From Podarcis tiliguerta (Eukaryota): 64,000 nt of DNA. This document shows positions 12,756-23,804 of this stretch, one piece after another. Numbering within the stretch: the first letter of the stretch is position 1; every line of letters starts with the position of its first letter. The notes under the pieces are model-generated. The model was not told where the DNA came from, did not search any database, and saw only the letters and a list, made by a program, of their open reading frames with translations. Made by a program: the position numbers and the translations under genes. Location of the stretch: NCBI GenBank assembly GCA_965153285.1, contig OZ229121.1; one strand, written 5' to 3'.

Positions 12756-13370
12756 TAGGGTTGCCACCTTTGTTCTGGCAAAATATAGGACAGGATGGGG
12801 GGGGGGGCTGGGGGCAACCCCCCCCCCAATGCTGAAATGACTTCAAAGCAATCCATTAAGTCTATTGCAGCCTAACCGGATGACCCCTCAGGAATTTGTG
12901 GCACCCACATGAATTTGTAAATTTGTCTGTGCTTTGCTACCCAGAGCTTAAATGCATGACTTTTCACATACCCTTGTACACATGCGCAGTACTGTACAGT
13001 AATACATGCAGGCAAGGGCAAAAAATAAACAGGGGGGCATATTCTGATGTGGGGATGAACTATATTCCACATATTAAATTTATGAAGGAGAGAAAATAAT
13101 ATTAGGGGGCAGTGGGGAGGGCAAGCCTTGTGGGGAGAAACTTCTCCCCCAACCTCCTCTCTCAAATATCATGTGGGGCTTCTGGGCTACACTGGCACAA
13201 AACCGCTTGTTTCTAGAGACTCAGAACTTGTAGTTCTCTGAGGGACAGGGCACCAAAGAGAGAGAACAGCAGAACACAAACTACATCCTATATTGAATCA
13301 ATACAAGGCATAGCACTTTACACTGAAATAACAGACAATCCTGTATTATACAGGACAGGTGGCAACCCTG
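12756..13370. mobile_element. hAT (Tip100-like) non-autonomous element
   Basis: TIR TAGGGTTGCCACCT / AGGTGGCAACCCTG; AGGACAGG subterminal motifs. Confidence 0.7.
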
Positions 13371-13402
13371 TTCCCAGGGCAAAAAGGCATCAGCACTTAA
13401 GG

Positions 13403-13657
13403 CATGGGTAGGCAAACTAAGGCCTGGTGGCCAGATCTGGCCCAATTGCCTTCTAAATCCAGCCTGCGGACAGTCTGGGAATCAGCGTGTTTTTACATGA
13501 TTAGAATGTGTCCTTTTATTTAAAATGCATCTCTGGGTTATTTGTGGGGCATAGGAACTCTTTCTTTTTTCTTCTTTTTTTCAAAATATAGTCCGGCCCC
13601 TACAAGGTCTAAGGGACAGTGGACCAGCCCGCTGCTGAAAAAGTTTGCTGACCCCTG
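13403..13657. mobile_element. hAT-Charlie-like MITE
   Basis: TIR CATGGGTAGGCAAACT / AGTTTGCTGACCCCTG; GGCCC subterminal motifs. Confidence 0.75.
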
Positions 13658-16066
13658 TCTTAGAGCAATGAAGCAGGATTGCGTTTCCCCACCTCAAGAT
13701 TAAGACCATTCCTTTAACAAACTGGGTGGCTGCAAAGGTGCAAAAAAAATGTTATATTCAACCAACTGCTAGGACACAGAACTTAATTAAGTTTGGGTTC
13801 TCTGGACTATTTGCATTTATTTACAAATATTTGCATTTATGTACACATACACGTGAACCTCCCCCCAGCCAACAAATGGCATTGCTCCCACATCAGTTCT
13901 TTAGGGGGGCAGCCAGCCCCAAAGTTGCTTTAAATTCAGCTCCTTGTGACTTTCTCAATCCTGCTCTCAATCTGTGATGCATTGTTCTTTTCACACACAG
14001 AGAGACACCCCCACCCCACCCTGCAGGGGACTAAAATCTGGATGAGTCATCTTTTTTGACCATCACCTAGCCTTCTGGAGCCTTATTAGCTCCCATGGAG
14101 ACTCAGCAACTGAATTTTAAAGGTCATATTTTTGTCAAATCCAGGTACTGCCTCAGGTCGACCCACACAAGGGCAACCCACCCTGATAATCCCAGAAGTC
14201 TGATAGGAAACCCACAACAAGCCCCTTTGGAGTTAGAAGGCAGAGCGGGCTTGCTTAAATCAACAGAAAAAATAAAGTACTCATGGGTAAAAACTCAAGT
14301 CCGTGCTTGAAATGGCACTGGCAGTGACAGTGGGAGAGTTTATTCGTAAAGAATCCATTCTGCTAAGACCCAAATCATTATCAATTCAGCTACTTCAGAT
14401 TTTGGATCTGAAGCCCCAAAGCTGTACACAGGAAGCATGAATCAAGATATTAGCTTAGAAGCCAATGAGCAACCTTAAAAAACAACCCAAAATATTTAAT
14501 TGGTAGAAGGGTTAGGAGTGCAGAAGACGGGCTCTACCCTGGAAAAAATTACCATCTTTTCATTACTGAGTTGTGTTTTCACCAGATTGTGTTAAGCTGT
14601 GAGAGCAGACAGGAGAAGGTGTTTTATGAAACTCTCTCTCTTGGTACTTAGTCCACTATTCTGGTCTTGCTTCCAGCAGCGTTTTTGACAATTTCCTACT
14701 CTGCTCTGTGGTTTTTATGCAGCCCTACGGGGCGGCTGAATCAAGAGTCTCATTACAGGTTGTTCAGCTGCTCAGACTTTGCTGAGACTCTTAAAAGAGT
14801 AGCCCCACAGAGAGGCATACAGTAGGAGCCAAGCAGTGAGCTAAGGGGATGACAGCAGTTTTGGTCTGTAGACATAAGGCCAGGCTTTAAGATCAGATGA
14901 AATTACAAGCGAAAAAGAAAGAATAAAAATAGGAAAGCCTGCTACAAATGAACATGCATATAGCATGCATTGTGAAATGTTTGTGTTTGCAAAAATTCTG
15001 ATACACCCAGCCCTCCTCGGCAAGACCTCAACAGCATGATACCTATAGCAAAGATCTCATGAAATGTCTCAGCAGGGCAAGCCATTATTTCAAATGAGAG
15101 CATTGGCTTCTATCTGTAGCAACTCATGGTATATTTGTGGCTGAAGATTGTGTGTGTTTTTGACTGAAATTAACCTGTGATTCTGTTTGCAATACAAAAC
15201 CCACCAAAGGAAATGGCTGTGACAGAGCTTGACAAAGGATTCCCATATCATGTCAATTTAGCTATACTGATGCAGTTTCTAGGGAAATAGTTCACATGCC
15301 TGGTTTGAGAATATGAAAAGCAACACGCACCCCCATACAACATGTCTAGTCTAAACTCAAGAAGACAAAATGTACTGAATGAAGAAAATTAATGCTAATT
15401 TGTGTTTAAATATTGGGGAAACTGGAATTAATAAATTGAGGAACAGAAGTATTAGATCTTAAAACAGCATAGATTCAAGAACAGAAAATGTAATAAAATA
15501 TATTGTCTGATCTACAGGAAAATCAAGAAGATGTAGGAATTTTTACATATCAGCCCATGAAAATACTTGCCTTGAAATAAGTATGAGTTCAGTAGGACTT
15601 AATCCCAAGTAAGTGTGAACTGGATTACAGCCACAGATTGATTCAGTCTGATTGCTTTTATAATGCATAAAACTTGGTGGCATGCTGAAAGAGCATCTCC
15701 AAACATCTTCTTTATGGCAAAACCTTTCCATAATAACGTGCTGTGCGGATAGCATGTATGCAAAACAATTCAGGTCACCTACTGAGTCAAAAGTGACTGA
15801 CAACAGGCAACTGAAAATGGCCAGGCTGTTCAATACCTACCAATCTTTCAGAGGCAAAATTAGGCGCACTCGTTCTCCCCTGTTCTCACACCAAATCATG
15901 TGGCTTCCGTTTACCTTTTCCCCTTCTCTGCCTACAGTCAATTGCTATGAACAGCCTGTCTGTTCCTGCAGCCTTTCGAAGCAGGCTGTGCTAGTAGGAT
16001 ATTGGTCATAACAGTTTCCTTTTTATTAAAATAATTGTGGGTACAGAACCCTTAATCTTACGATGG

Positions 16067-16250
16067 ATTTATTTATTGCATTTATAGTCTACCTTTTCCT
16101 CCAAGGAGCTCACAGTTCCATACATGGTTCTCCCCCTGACCTTTCTTAATCCCCACAACAAGGAGGGTAGGGAAGGCTAAGAGGCAAGTCACATGGCCAA
16201 GTGGAGATTTGAACCTGACTCTCTCAGGTCCTAGTCCAATACTTTAACCA
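16067..16250 (-). mobile_element. MIR/CORE-like SINE
   Basis: GATTTGAACCTG...CAGGTCCTAGTCCAATACTTTAACCA; homologous to 42230-42445. Confidence 0.65.
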
Positions 16251-16450
16251 GAATGTGGAGTATAAAAAACAACAACCATCATTTGCTATCAATAGGAGGG
16301 AAGAAGTCAATGTCATTTTCCGTCTGTGTGTCACATGGAACATATCCCACTCTCAGGGGTGAACTGCATGTTAGGAATCACTGGTGACCTTGGGGGGGGG
16401 GTTGGGGGGAGTGCCTTTGACAAGGGCACATTCTGAGCATAGAAATGGGT

Positions 16451-16788
16451 AGGTAAAGGTAAAGGGACCCCTGACCATTAGGTCCAGTCGTGGATGACTC
16501 TGGGGTTGTGGTGCTCATCTCGCTTTATTGGCCGAGGGAGCCGGCGTACAGCTTCCGGGTCATGTGGCCAGAATGACTAAGCCGCTTCTGGAGAACCAGA
16601 GCAGCGCACGGAAACGCCGTTTACCTTCCCACCGGAGCGGTACCTATTTATCTACTTGCACTTTGATGTGCTTTTGAACTGCTAGGTGGGCAGGAGCAGG
16701 GACCGAGCAATGGGAGCTCACCCCGTCGCGGGGATTCGAACCACCAAACTTCTGATCAGCAAGCCCTAGGCTCTGTGGTTTAACCCAC
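16451..16788 (-). mobile_element. Sauria SINE (about 18 nt missing at 5' end)
   Basis: Colinear with other copies; (ACCTTT)n tail. Confidence 0.93.
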
Positions 16789-16897
16789 AAGAGGAGTCAT
16801 TTAACCCTTTCCCCACTCAAGTCCCCACAACCCACAATCACAAGCTTCTTTTGCCTTTTGGAGGGCTTCAAATGCAGGCAAAGATTTACCTAACAGC

Positions 16898-17196
16898 CAG
16901 GGCCGTCTTAAGCATATCCGGCGCTGTGTTGCAAAGATCCTTCCAGTGCCCAAACCCCCCCTTTTCCCAGAGTTGCCGACCTTTTCCCAAGCCTCTGCGG
17001 GGATCGCTCTCCTCCCGTGGGGGCTTGGGAAGAAAGCTGCACGTCCGCCAGCCATATGTTTGACGGGGCACAGCTGGCAGGAGGGAAAGGGGAGGCTGCT
17101 GGCAAAGCCGCTCAGCTCCCCCCCTCGCTGGGGTGTCCCTGAGAGGCTGGCGCCCTGGCCCAACGCACCAGTAAACCCAGTGGGAAGACAGCTCTG
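16898..17196. mobile_element. hAT-type MITE
   Basis: TIR CAGGGCCGTCTT / AAGACAGCTCTG; GC-rich interior. Confidence 0.65.
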
Positions 17197-17378
17197 TTAA
17201 GAACATAAAAAGGGCCTGTTTGCTCAGGGCAGTGGTTCATCGAGTCCAGCATCCTGTTCTCATAGTGGCCAAGCAGAAGGCCTTAAGCAGGACTCTTCCC
17301 TGCCATAGTTTACATCAAATGGCATTCAGAAGTCTACTGGCCCCATCAGCGGAGGCAGCACATTGGGTTTGTAGCCAC

Positions 17379-17525
17379 CAGTGGCGTAGCGTGGGGGGTG
17401 CAGGGGGGGCCGGCCGCACCGGGCGCAACATCTGGGGGTTAGGGTTAGGGGGCGCAAATCCACGGGTTAGGGGGCGCAAATTACTTGCCTTGCCCCGGGT
17501 GCTGACAACCCACGCTACGCCACTG
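17379..17525. mobile_element. Young hAT MITE containing TTAGGG motifs
   Basis: Perfect 17-bp TIR CAGTGGCGTAGCGTGGG; perfect 8-bp TSD GTAGCCAC; sits within an older CR1-like 3' end (from ~17197). Confidence 0.93.
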
Positions 17526-19124
17526 GTAGCCACGGTGGGCTGTGTTAGCCTAATCCTCATTCAAAGCCTTTCAAACCTGTATGAATGGATTCCATTGCAA
17601 ACTACGCACTGTGTGCAGAAGCACTTATTTTTGTCTGTCCTGTCATGGCACCCACTCTGTGGAATAGTTTGCTTGGGGGAAATCCATTTGAACAGCATCG
17701 TTATATATTTCAGGCCAGGTGTTTAAGACCTTTCTTTATCTGCCAAGCATACCCTCCCCTCCGCTTCCCTGCTTTTACAGTGGAATTATAATTTTCTGTG
17801 TTGTGTTTCTACGGCTGTACTTAGTTAGGTTATTTTGAATTAATATTCAATACCAGTTGGGGTTAATAGAATTAATTATTACTGACATGCTGCCTGTAGC
17901 CTTGAAGTCAAGGAAAGGGATCTAAGAAAAAAGTGAATAAATAACTGTGAAGAATCCTATATTTTAAATATTGAGTTTTAAAAGGAATTTTAAGCTATGA
18001 CACTTGCAATTAATTCTCTTAGACAGCAGTCTTAGACACAAATACTAGGTCTTGAGGCTGACTAAACACAGTAGAACTTACTTTTGAGTAAACAGGTATA
18101 AGACTGTGCTGTAATTATAGTAATGCAGTAACTGCAAAGCTCAATTTGTAAACAAGTGTGTGGTTGTCTATATATTGTTAGTACATTAAACAAGTACCCC
18201 TTTTGCTCATATATAAACTCATTTTTAAACATTGATATTTTTTGACGTTCCTCTGAAGAGCATCTGTGGAATATTATGGCAACTCCCCAAATAGCAACAA
18301 TGGATGAACACCAGCTTGAGAAATTCATGTCTATATTATTTATGAAGCTACAATTCTCCTGTAAATAACCCAGTTGTTAAAATGATATGTATCTATGTAA
18401 TTGAGTCTTCTGTATACAAATAAATAAGGCTTTATTGCAATGTCAGAAGTTAACAGACCAGTCAATAAAATCAATAACTCACTTTTTCTTGCTTATATAT
18501 CTACCTTTTCTCCACCTTTCTTGTGTCCTCTGTTTGTTCTCATTACATATTAACACTCAAAGGATATATTGTGCTTATGTTACTGTTTATTAAATGGCAA
18601 TGAGCAAAAGAAGGCTTAGGAATCACAACCTCAGCAATTTAATAGACAGCCTATTTGTTGTGTGATTTCATGTATACCTACTGGAGATATACAAGGAGGA
18701 GAGAAAATGTCTCTCTTGATATATCAGAGTGCATGATACTTTTTAATATGAATGACTAGATGAAGGTTTAAATAAATTAGGTTCATGTTGATACACTTAG
18801 CTAAAAGTGCTTCAGGCCTGTATTGCATTATCCCATAACTGCTGTCAAAACAGTGCTGGCAGATTACAGCCTAGCACCTCTATTGCAAGGTTGTGTCAGC
18901 ATTTCCGATTATAAACTAGGTTTTTTCAGAAGTTTCTAACTTATCCATTAAAAAAAACTAAGCCTTTAAACTGTATGCATATATCCCTCATACTGGAGTT
19001 ATCAAAATAAGGCCTATAAAACACACCAATTAGTTGGTTCTTTTAGTACAGGAATCCGGATAGTTGTATAATTTTTCACAATGCCTTTTACACATGTATT
19101 GGTAATAATGATATTGATGAAATA

Positions 19125-19228
19125 CCATATTTACGCAAATCTAATGCGCCATCAAATCTAATAGGCACTCTAATTTTCATGACATAATTTGGCCAAAAAA
19201 GGTGTGCATTACATTCAAGTAAATACGG
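19125..19228. mobile_element. Old Tc2-like mini-MITE
   Basis: TA-CCATATTTAC...GTAAATACGG-TA. Confidence 0.65.
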
Positions 19229-19379
19229 TAATCTTTGCTAGTAGTAATGTCTGATCCCATCAATAAGAAGGCTTCCTGGATCAGGGAGGTTTGCCTCCCG
19301 CCCCCAGCCCTGGTTTTTAAATTAATTCTATTTGTAAATTTCAGTACAGAAAAAGGGTATCAACAAAACAAAGAGTTGA

Positions 19380-19651
19380 GAGGGAGTTAGCCTACAGCTT
19401 CCGGATCATGTGGCCAGCATGACTAAGCCGCTTCTGGCGAACCAGAGCAGCACACAGAAACGCCGTTTACCTTCCCGCCGGAGTGGTACCTATTTATCTA
19501 CTTGCACTTTGATGTGCTTTCAAACTGCTAGGTGGGCAGGAGCTGGGACCGAGCAACGGGAGCTCACCCTGTCGCGGGGATTCGAACCACAGACCTTCTG
19601 ATCGGCAAGTCCTAGGCTCTGTGGTTTAACCCACAGCGCCACCCATGTCCC
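19380..19651 (-). mobile_element. Sauria SINE (3' truncated)
   Basis: Head and body match the other copies; tail absent. Confidence 0.9.
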
Positions 19652-19770
19652 TAGTTGGGTAATTAGGAGATCGTGAAATCTCAAGAGGTGGGTTTAATAA
19701 AGTTAAGAAATTGTGCCAGGTTAAATTGAGTAGAAGAAATTTGGCTCCTTGCTTTCTGCCTATCATGCAG

Positions 19771-19952
19771 CAGGGGTGCCCAACCTTTTCTCAAAAAGGG
19801 CCAGATTTGATGAAATGAAGATGTATGAGGGCCGACCAAAGTTGTTGAGCTATTTTTAGGATTTTACCCCAGGACATATACTGCCATGGGGGCTGGATTA
19901 AATCGACCAGCGAGCCGGATTAGGCCCCCAAAATGGACTTTGGACATGCTTG
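19771..19952. mobile_element. hAT-Charlie-like MITE
   Basis: CAGGGGTGCCCAAC ... TTTGGACATGCTTG termini; no clear TSD. Confidence 0.6.
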
Positions 19953-19999
19953 CACCAATCTTTTGATGAGATTGAGACACCAAACACGCTTATACCAAT

Positions 20000-21870
20000 C
20001 TGCAAATGAAAAATCCAGGCAAGACTGAGGCACTAGGTGGTTCCCTGGACTGGATGGTTTGTGTTCAACCTTCTTTTGGAAGAGGTGAGTGTCTGCAGTC
20101 TGGCGCTTCGTCTGGATCCACTGTTGTCACTGGAGGCACAAGTGTCCTCAGTGTCATGGAGTGCCTCCTACCAGCTTCCACTGGTGGGATCCTAGCTAGA
20201 CAGGGGCAGCCTCCTTCAGCAGTCCATGCGGTGGTAACCTCTAGTTAGAGTACTGCAGTGTGCTATATGTAGGGCCTTTGAAGACAGCTTGCACACCCTC
20301 CAAGTGTCCTGATTTTCCAGGGATGGTCCTAGAATTATGAAAGCCGGCTTCTGATTTGATTTCGTAGAATCATAGAATCATAGAGTTGGAAGAGACCACA
20401 AGGGCCATCGAGTCCAACCCCCTGCCAAGCAGGAAACACCATCAGAGCACTCCTGACATATGGTTGTCAAGCCTCTGCTTAAAGACCTCCAAAGAAGGAG
20501 ACTCCACCACACTCCTTGGCAGCAAATTCCACTGTCGAACAGCTCTTACTGTCAGGAAGTTCTTCCTAATGTTTAGGTGGAATCTTCTTTCTTGTAGTTT
20601 GGATCCATTGCTCCGTGTCCGCTTCTCTGGAGCAGCAGAAAACAACCTTTCTCCCTCCTCTATGTGACATCCTTTTATATATTTGAACATGGCTGTCATA
20701 TCACCCCTTAACCTCCTCTTCTCCAGGCTAAACATGCCCAGCTCCCTTAGCCGTTCCTCATAAGGCATCGTTTCCAGGCCTTTGACCATTTTGGTTGCCC
20801 TCCTCTGGACACGTTCCAGTTTGTCAGTGTCCTTCTTGAACTGTGGTGCCCAGAACTGGACACAGTACTCCAGGTGAGGTCTGACCAGAGCAGAATACAG
20901 TGGCACTATAACTTCCCTTGATCTAGATGCTATACTCCTATTGATGCAGCCCAGAATTGCATTGGCTTTTTTAGCTGCCGCGTCACACTGTTGGCTCACG
21001 TCAAGTTTGTGGTCAACCAAGACTCCTAGATCCTTTTCACATGTACTGCTCTCAAGCCAGGTGTCACCCATCTTCTATTTGTGCCTCTCATTTTTTTTGC
21101 CCAAGTGCAATACTTTACATTTCTCCCTGTTAAAATTCATCTTGTTTGTTTTGGCCCAGTTCTCTAATCTGTCAAGGTCGTTTTGAAGTGTGATCCTGTC
21201 CTCTGGGGTGTTAGCCACCCCTCCCAGTTTGGTATTTGGTGATTTGATCCCAGAGTCCCCATTTCCCCCACCGGTGCTGCCTCTGCTGAGCTCAGAGAGG
21301 AGGAAGAGCTGGTACTTGTCCCGAGCGATAGATGCGGTGGCAGCTGTGAGGGACCATCTTGTTGCCAGATATTATACTGATTCTGGCCTGAATTAGTTTC
21401 CAGGCTCAATTTAAATTGCTGGTTATAAGGCTTTATGTTGCTCAGGACCCCAATCCCTCAAGGACCGTCTCTCTTCTCATGAACCAGCCGCGACCCTCCA
21501 GACTCCGTCTGAGGCCCTTCTCAGTGTGCCTTGTCCAAGGGAGGTGGGGAAGAGAACTACACAAGGCAGCCTTTTCCAGTGGTGGCTCCTCAGCTTTGGG
21601 GAGACCCTGGAAACATGCCTGGTGCCACCACTGTCGGCTTTTAGGTGCCAGGCAAAGGCATTTTTATTTACCAAGGTTTTTGGTGCACATGTTAGCCTCT
21701 ACTAGTGCGCTCATCTTTTAGTCGTGTGGAACAAGACTTGCCCTTCTTATTGAATGATCATTTTTAGGCCTTTTTGTGTGTGCATAATTTGGCTTTTAGC
21801 TGTTCGTATTGTAAGTACTTTGAGGCATTTATTTTATGTATACAGCGACTAATAAATTCAATAACTGGTG
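20000..21870 (+). mobile_element. Old L2 3' region interrupted by a MITE remnant and a CR1
   Basis: Degenerate L2 motifs at 20000-20290 (AVHAVVTSS*STAV) and 21330-21870 (AQFKLLV; AFSSGGSSAL); AT-rich tail near 21850-21880. Confidence 0.6.
20365..21233 (-). mobile_element. CR1 LINE 3' fragment (young)
   Basis: Open 209-aa ORF2 C-terminus ([12 protein letters not shown]...[17 protein letters not shown]); (ATTCTATG)n tail; TGATTTGAT at 20352-20360 and 21240-21248. Confidence 0.96.
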
Positions 21871-22429
21871 ATTAATAATAATATGTCTATGATTCTTCAA
21901 CCAGGCTGCAGCCTTGAAGTGTAAGAGCATGCAGGGTTCTTTTAAGCCCAAGGCTGCGTATTATATTTGTCTCGTGGAATTGGCACTGCCGTAAAGAGCT
22001 CTCCAGCACCAGCCACTCACAGCACCATTTACTGTCATGAGACAATGAGCTTTCCCATTTATGCTCGGCGCCATCTGTAGCCAGTGTGGTGTGTGCTGCA
22101 AAGGTGCAACTTGCTACGGGGAGAACAGTGCAGCCCTGGTGAATGTAATGTGTAGTCTGGACCAGAACCTAGAAAGTTACTCCAGCCTTTATTTCTCACA
22201 GCAGAGATGCGAGGCTCCTTCCCCTTCCAAGGATAAGGATTATTGTAAAACTTGCAAGCACCCCACACCATGCCTACAGTATATCTTGCCTAGACAGGAG
22301 CCCTGTTCAGAAATGATCCTTTATGTGTTACGAGAATGCATGGGGGCGGAGAAAAGGATTGCATATGCGCTGGTCCTAAAAAAACATCTGTCTCCACCAC
22401 CTTCATCTCCAGACCTTTGTATGCTGGGT

Positions 22430-23100
22430 AGGGGCATAGAAAGGGGGGTGGGAGCGGACCGCCCTCACTGAGAGGGGTGATATTCGGCACGCCGCCTGCC
22501 TGTGACTCCCAAGCCTACTCCGAGCTGTTGGGGTAAGGGGGGGAGCTGCGCCACTTTGCTAGGGGAATTCCGCCCCTTCCCCCTTTGTTTTATAATAATA
22601 ATAATTTTTATTTATACCCCGTCCTCCCCAGCCAAGGCCGGGCTCAGAGCGGCTTACAAGCAATAATAAAAACAAGAAGAATTATTACAACTTAAAAACA
22701 AAAGTAAAATACAACATTAAAATAATGGAACATTAAAATATTAAAATGTAGCCTCATCGCAGGAGGAGAAGGAAAAGAAAAAAGAGAGGGAGGGAGGGAG
22801 TCAAATTGGCTCCAAGCCAAAGGCCAGGCGGAACAACTCTGTCTTACAGGCCCTGCAGAAAGAAATCAGGTCCTGCAGGGCCCTGGGCTCATGAGGCAGA
22901 GCGTTCCACCAGGCAGGGGCCAGTGTTGAAAAGGCCTTGGCTCTGGTTGAAGCTAATCTAACTGTTGCGGTAAGGGGGGGAGCTGCGCCACTTTGCTGGG
23001 GGAATTCCGCCCCTTCCCCCTTTGTTTTGACAGCTTGGGGGAGGCTTGGGAGTCATGGGCGGCCGGTGCGCCAAATGTCCACCAAAATGCCCCCGGCTGC
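22430..23100. mobile_element. GC-rich hAT-like MITE remnant hosting an L2 insertion
   Basis: Starts AGGGGCATAGAAGGGGG; internal inverted repeat TGACTCCCAAGCCT / AGGCTTGGGAGTCA; no right TIR seen. Confidence 0.55.
22592..22961 (-). mobile_element. L2 LINE 3' fragment flanked by 67-bp direct repeats
   Basis: Minus translation RLASTRAKAFSTLAPAWWNALP...FCRACKTELFRLAF; (ATT)n tail. Confidence 0.88.
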
Positions 23101-23148
23101 AGAAACCTGGTTGAAAGAATAATTGTGGAAAAGGATGTAACTGAATTA

Positions 23149-23408
23149 CAGTCATACCTCATGTTACGTTTGCTTCATGATACATTTTTTCAGGTTGTGT
23201 CCTGTGGCGACCCAGAAGTACCGGAAAGGGTTACTTCCGGTTTTCTTCGCTTGTGCATGTGCAGAAGCACTAAATCACACTTTGCACATGCGCAGAAGCG
23301 CCAAATCGCACCACACACCTGCGCAGATACGGCGCTTCAGGTTGCAGGCTTTTCATGTTGCAAACGGGCCTCCAGAGCGGATTCCGTTCGCAACCAGAGG
23401 TACCACTG
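23149..23408. mobile_element. Tigger-like MITE
   Basis: CAGTCATACCTC ... GAGGTACCACTG; TA TSD. Confidence 0.88.
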
Positions 23409-23541
23409 TATAAAGAGAAACAATAGGCTACAGTAGACTCTTACTACCCTCCATGCGTTCTTGCAACATATAGTGGGTAGTTTCTGAATAAGGATAGTAA
23501 GAGTCTACTGTAGCCTATTGTTCCTCTTTATAATTCAGTTA

Positions 23542-23804
23542 CAGTGGTGCCTCGCAAGACAAAATTAATTCGTTCTGCGAGTTTTTTCGTCTTGTGAATT
23601 TTTCGTCTTGTGAAGCACGGTTTCCCATAGGAAATGCATTGACGGTTTCCCATAGGAATGCATTGAAAAAGGCACAAGACGTTTTTGTCTTGCGAAGCAA
23701 GCCCATAGGGAAATTCGTCTTGCGAAGCAACTCAAAAAACAAAAAACTCTTTCGTCTTGCGAGTTTTTCGTCTTGCGAGGCATTCGTCTTGCAAGGTACC
23801 ACTG
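23542..23804. mobile_element. Tigger-like MITE
   Basis: CAGTGGTGCCTCGCAAGAC ... GTCTTGCAAGGTACCACTG; TA TSD. Confidence 0.92.

Noticed and set aside
20442-21071. 209-aa ORF as a host gene
   Set aside because: It is the CR1 ORF2 C-terminus with tail and TSD; the same applies to ORFs 6818-7165, 8123-8410, 31581-31889 and 60133-60345
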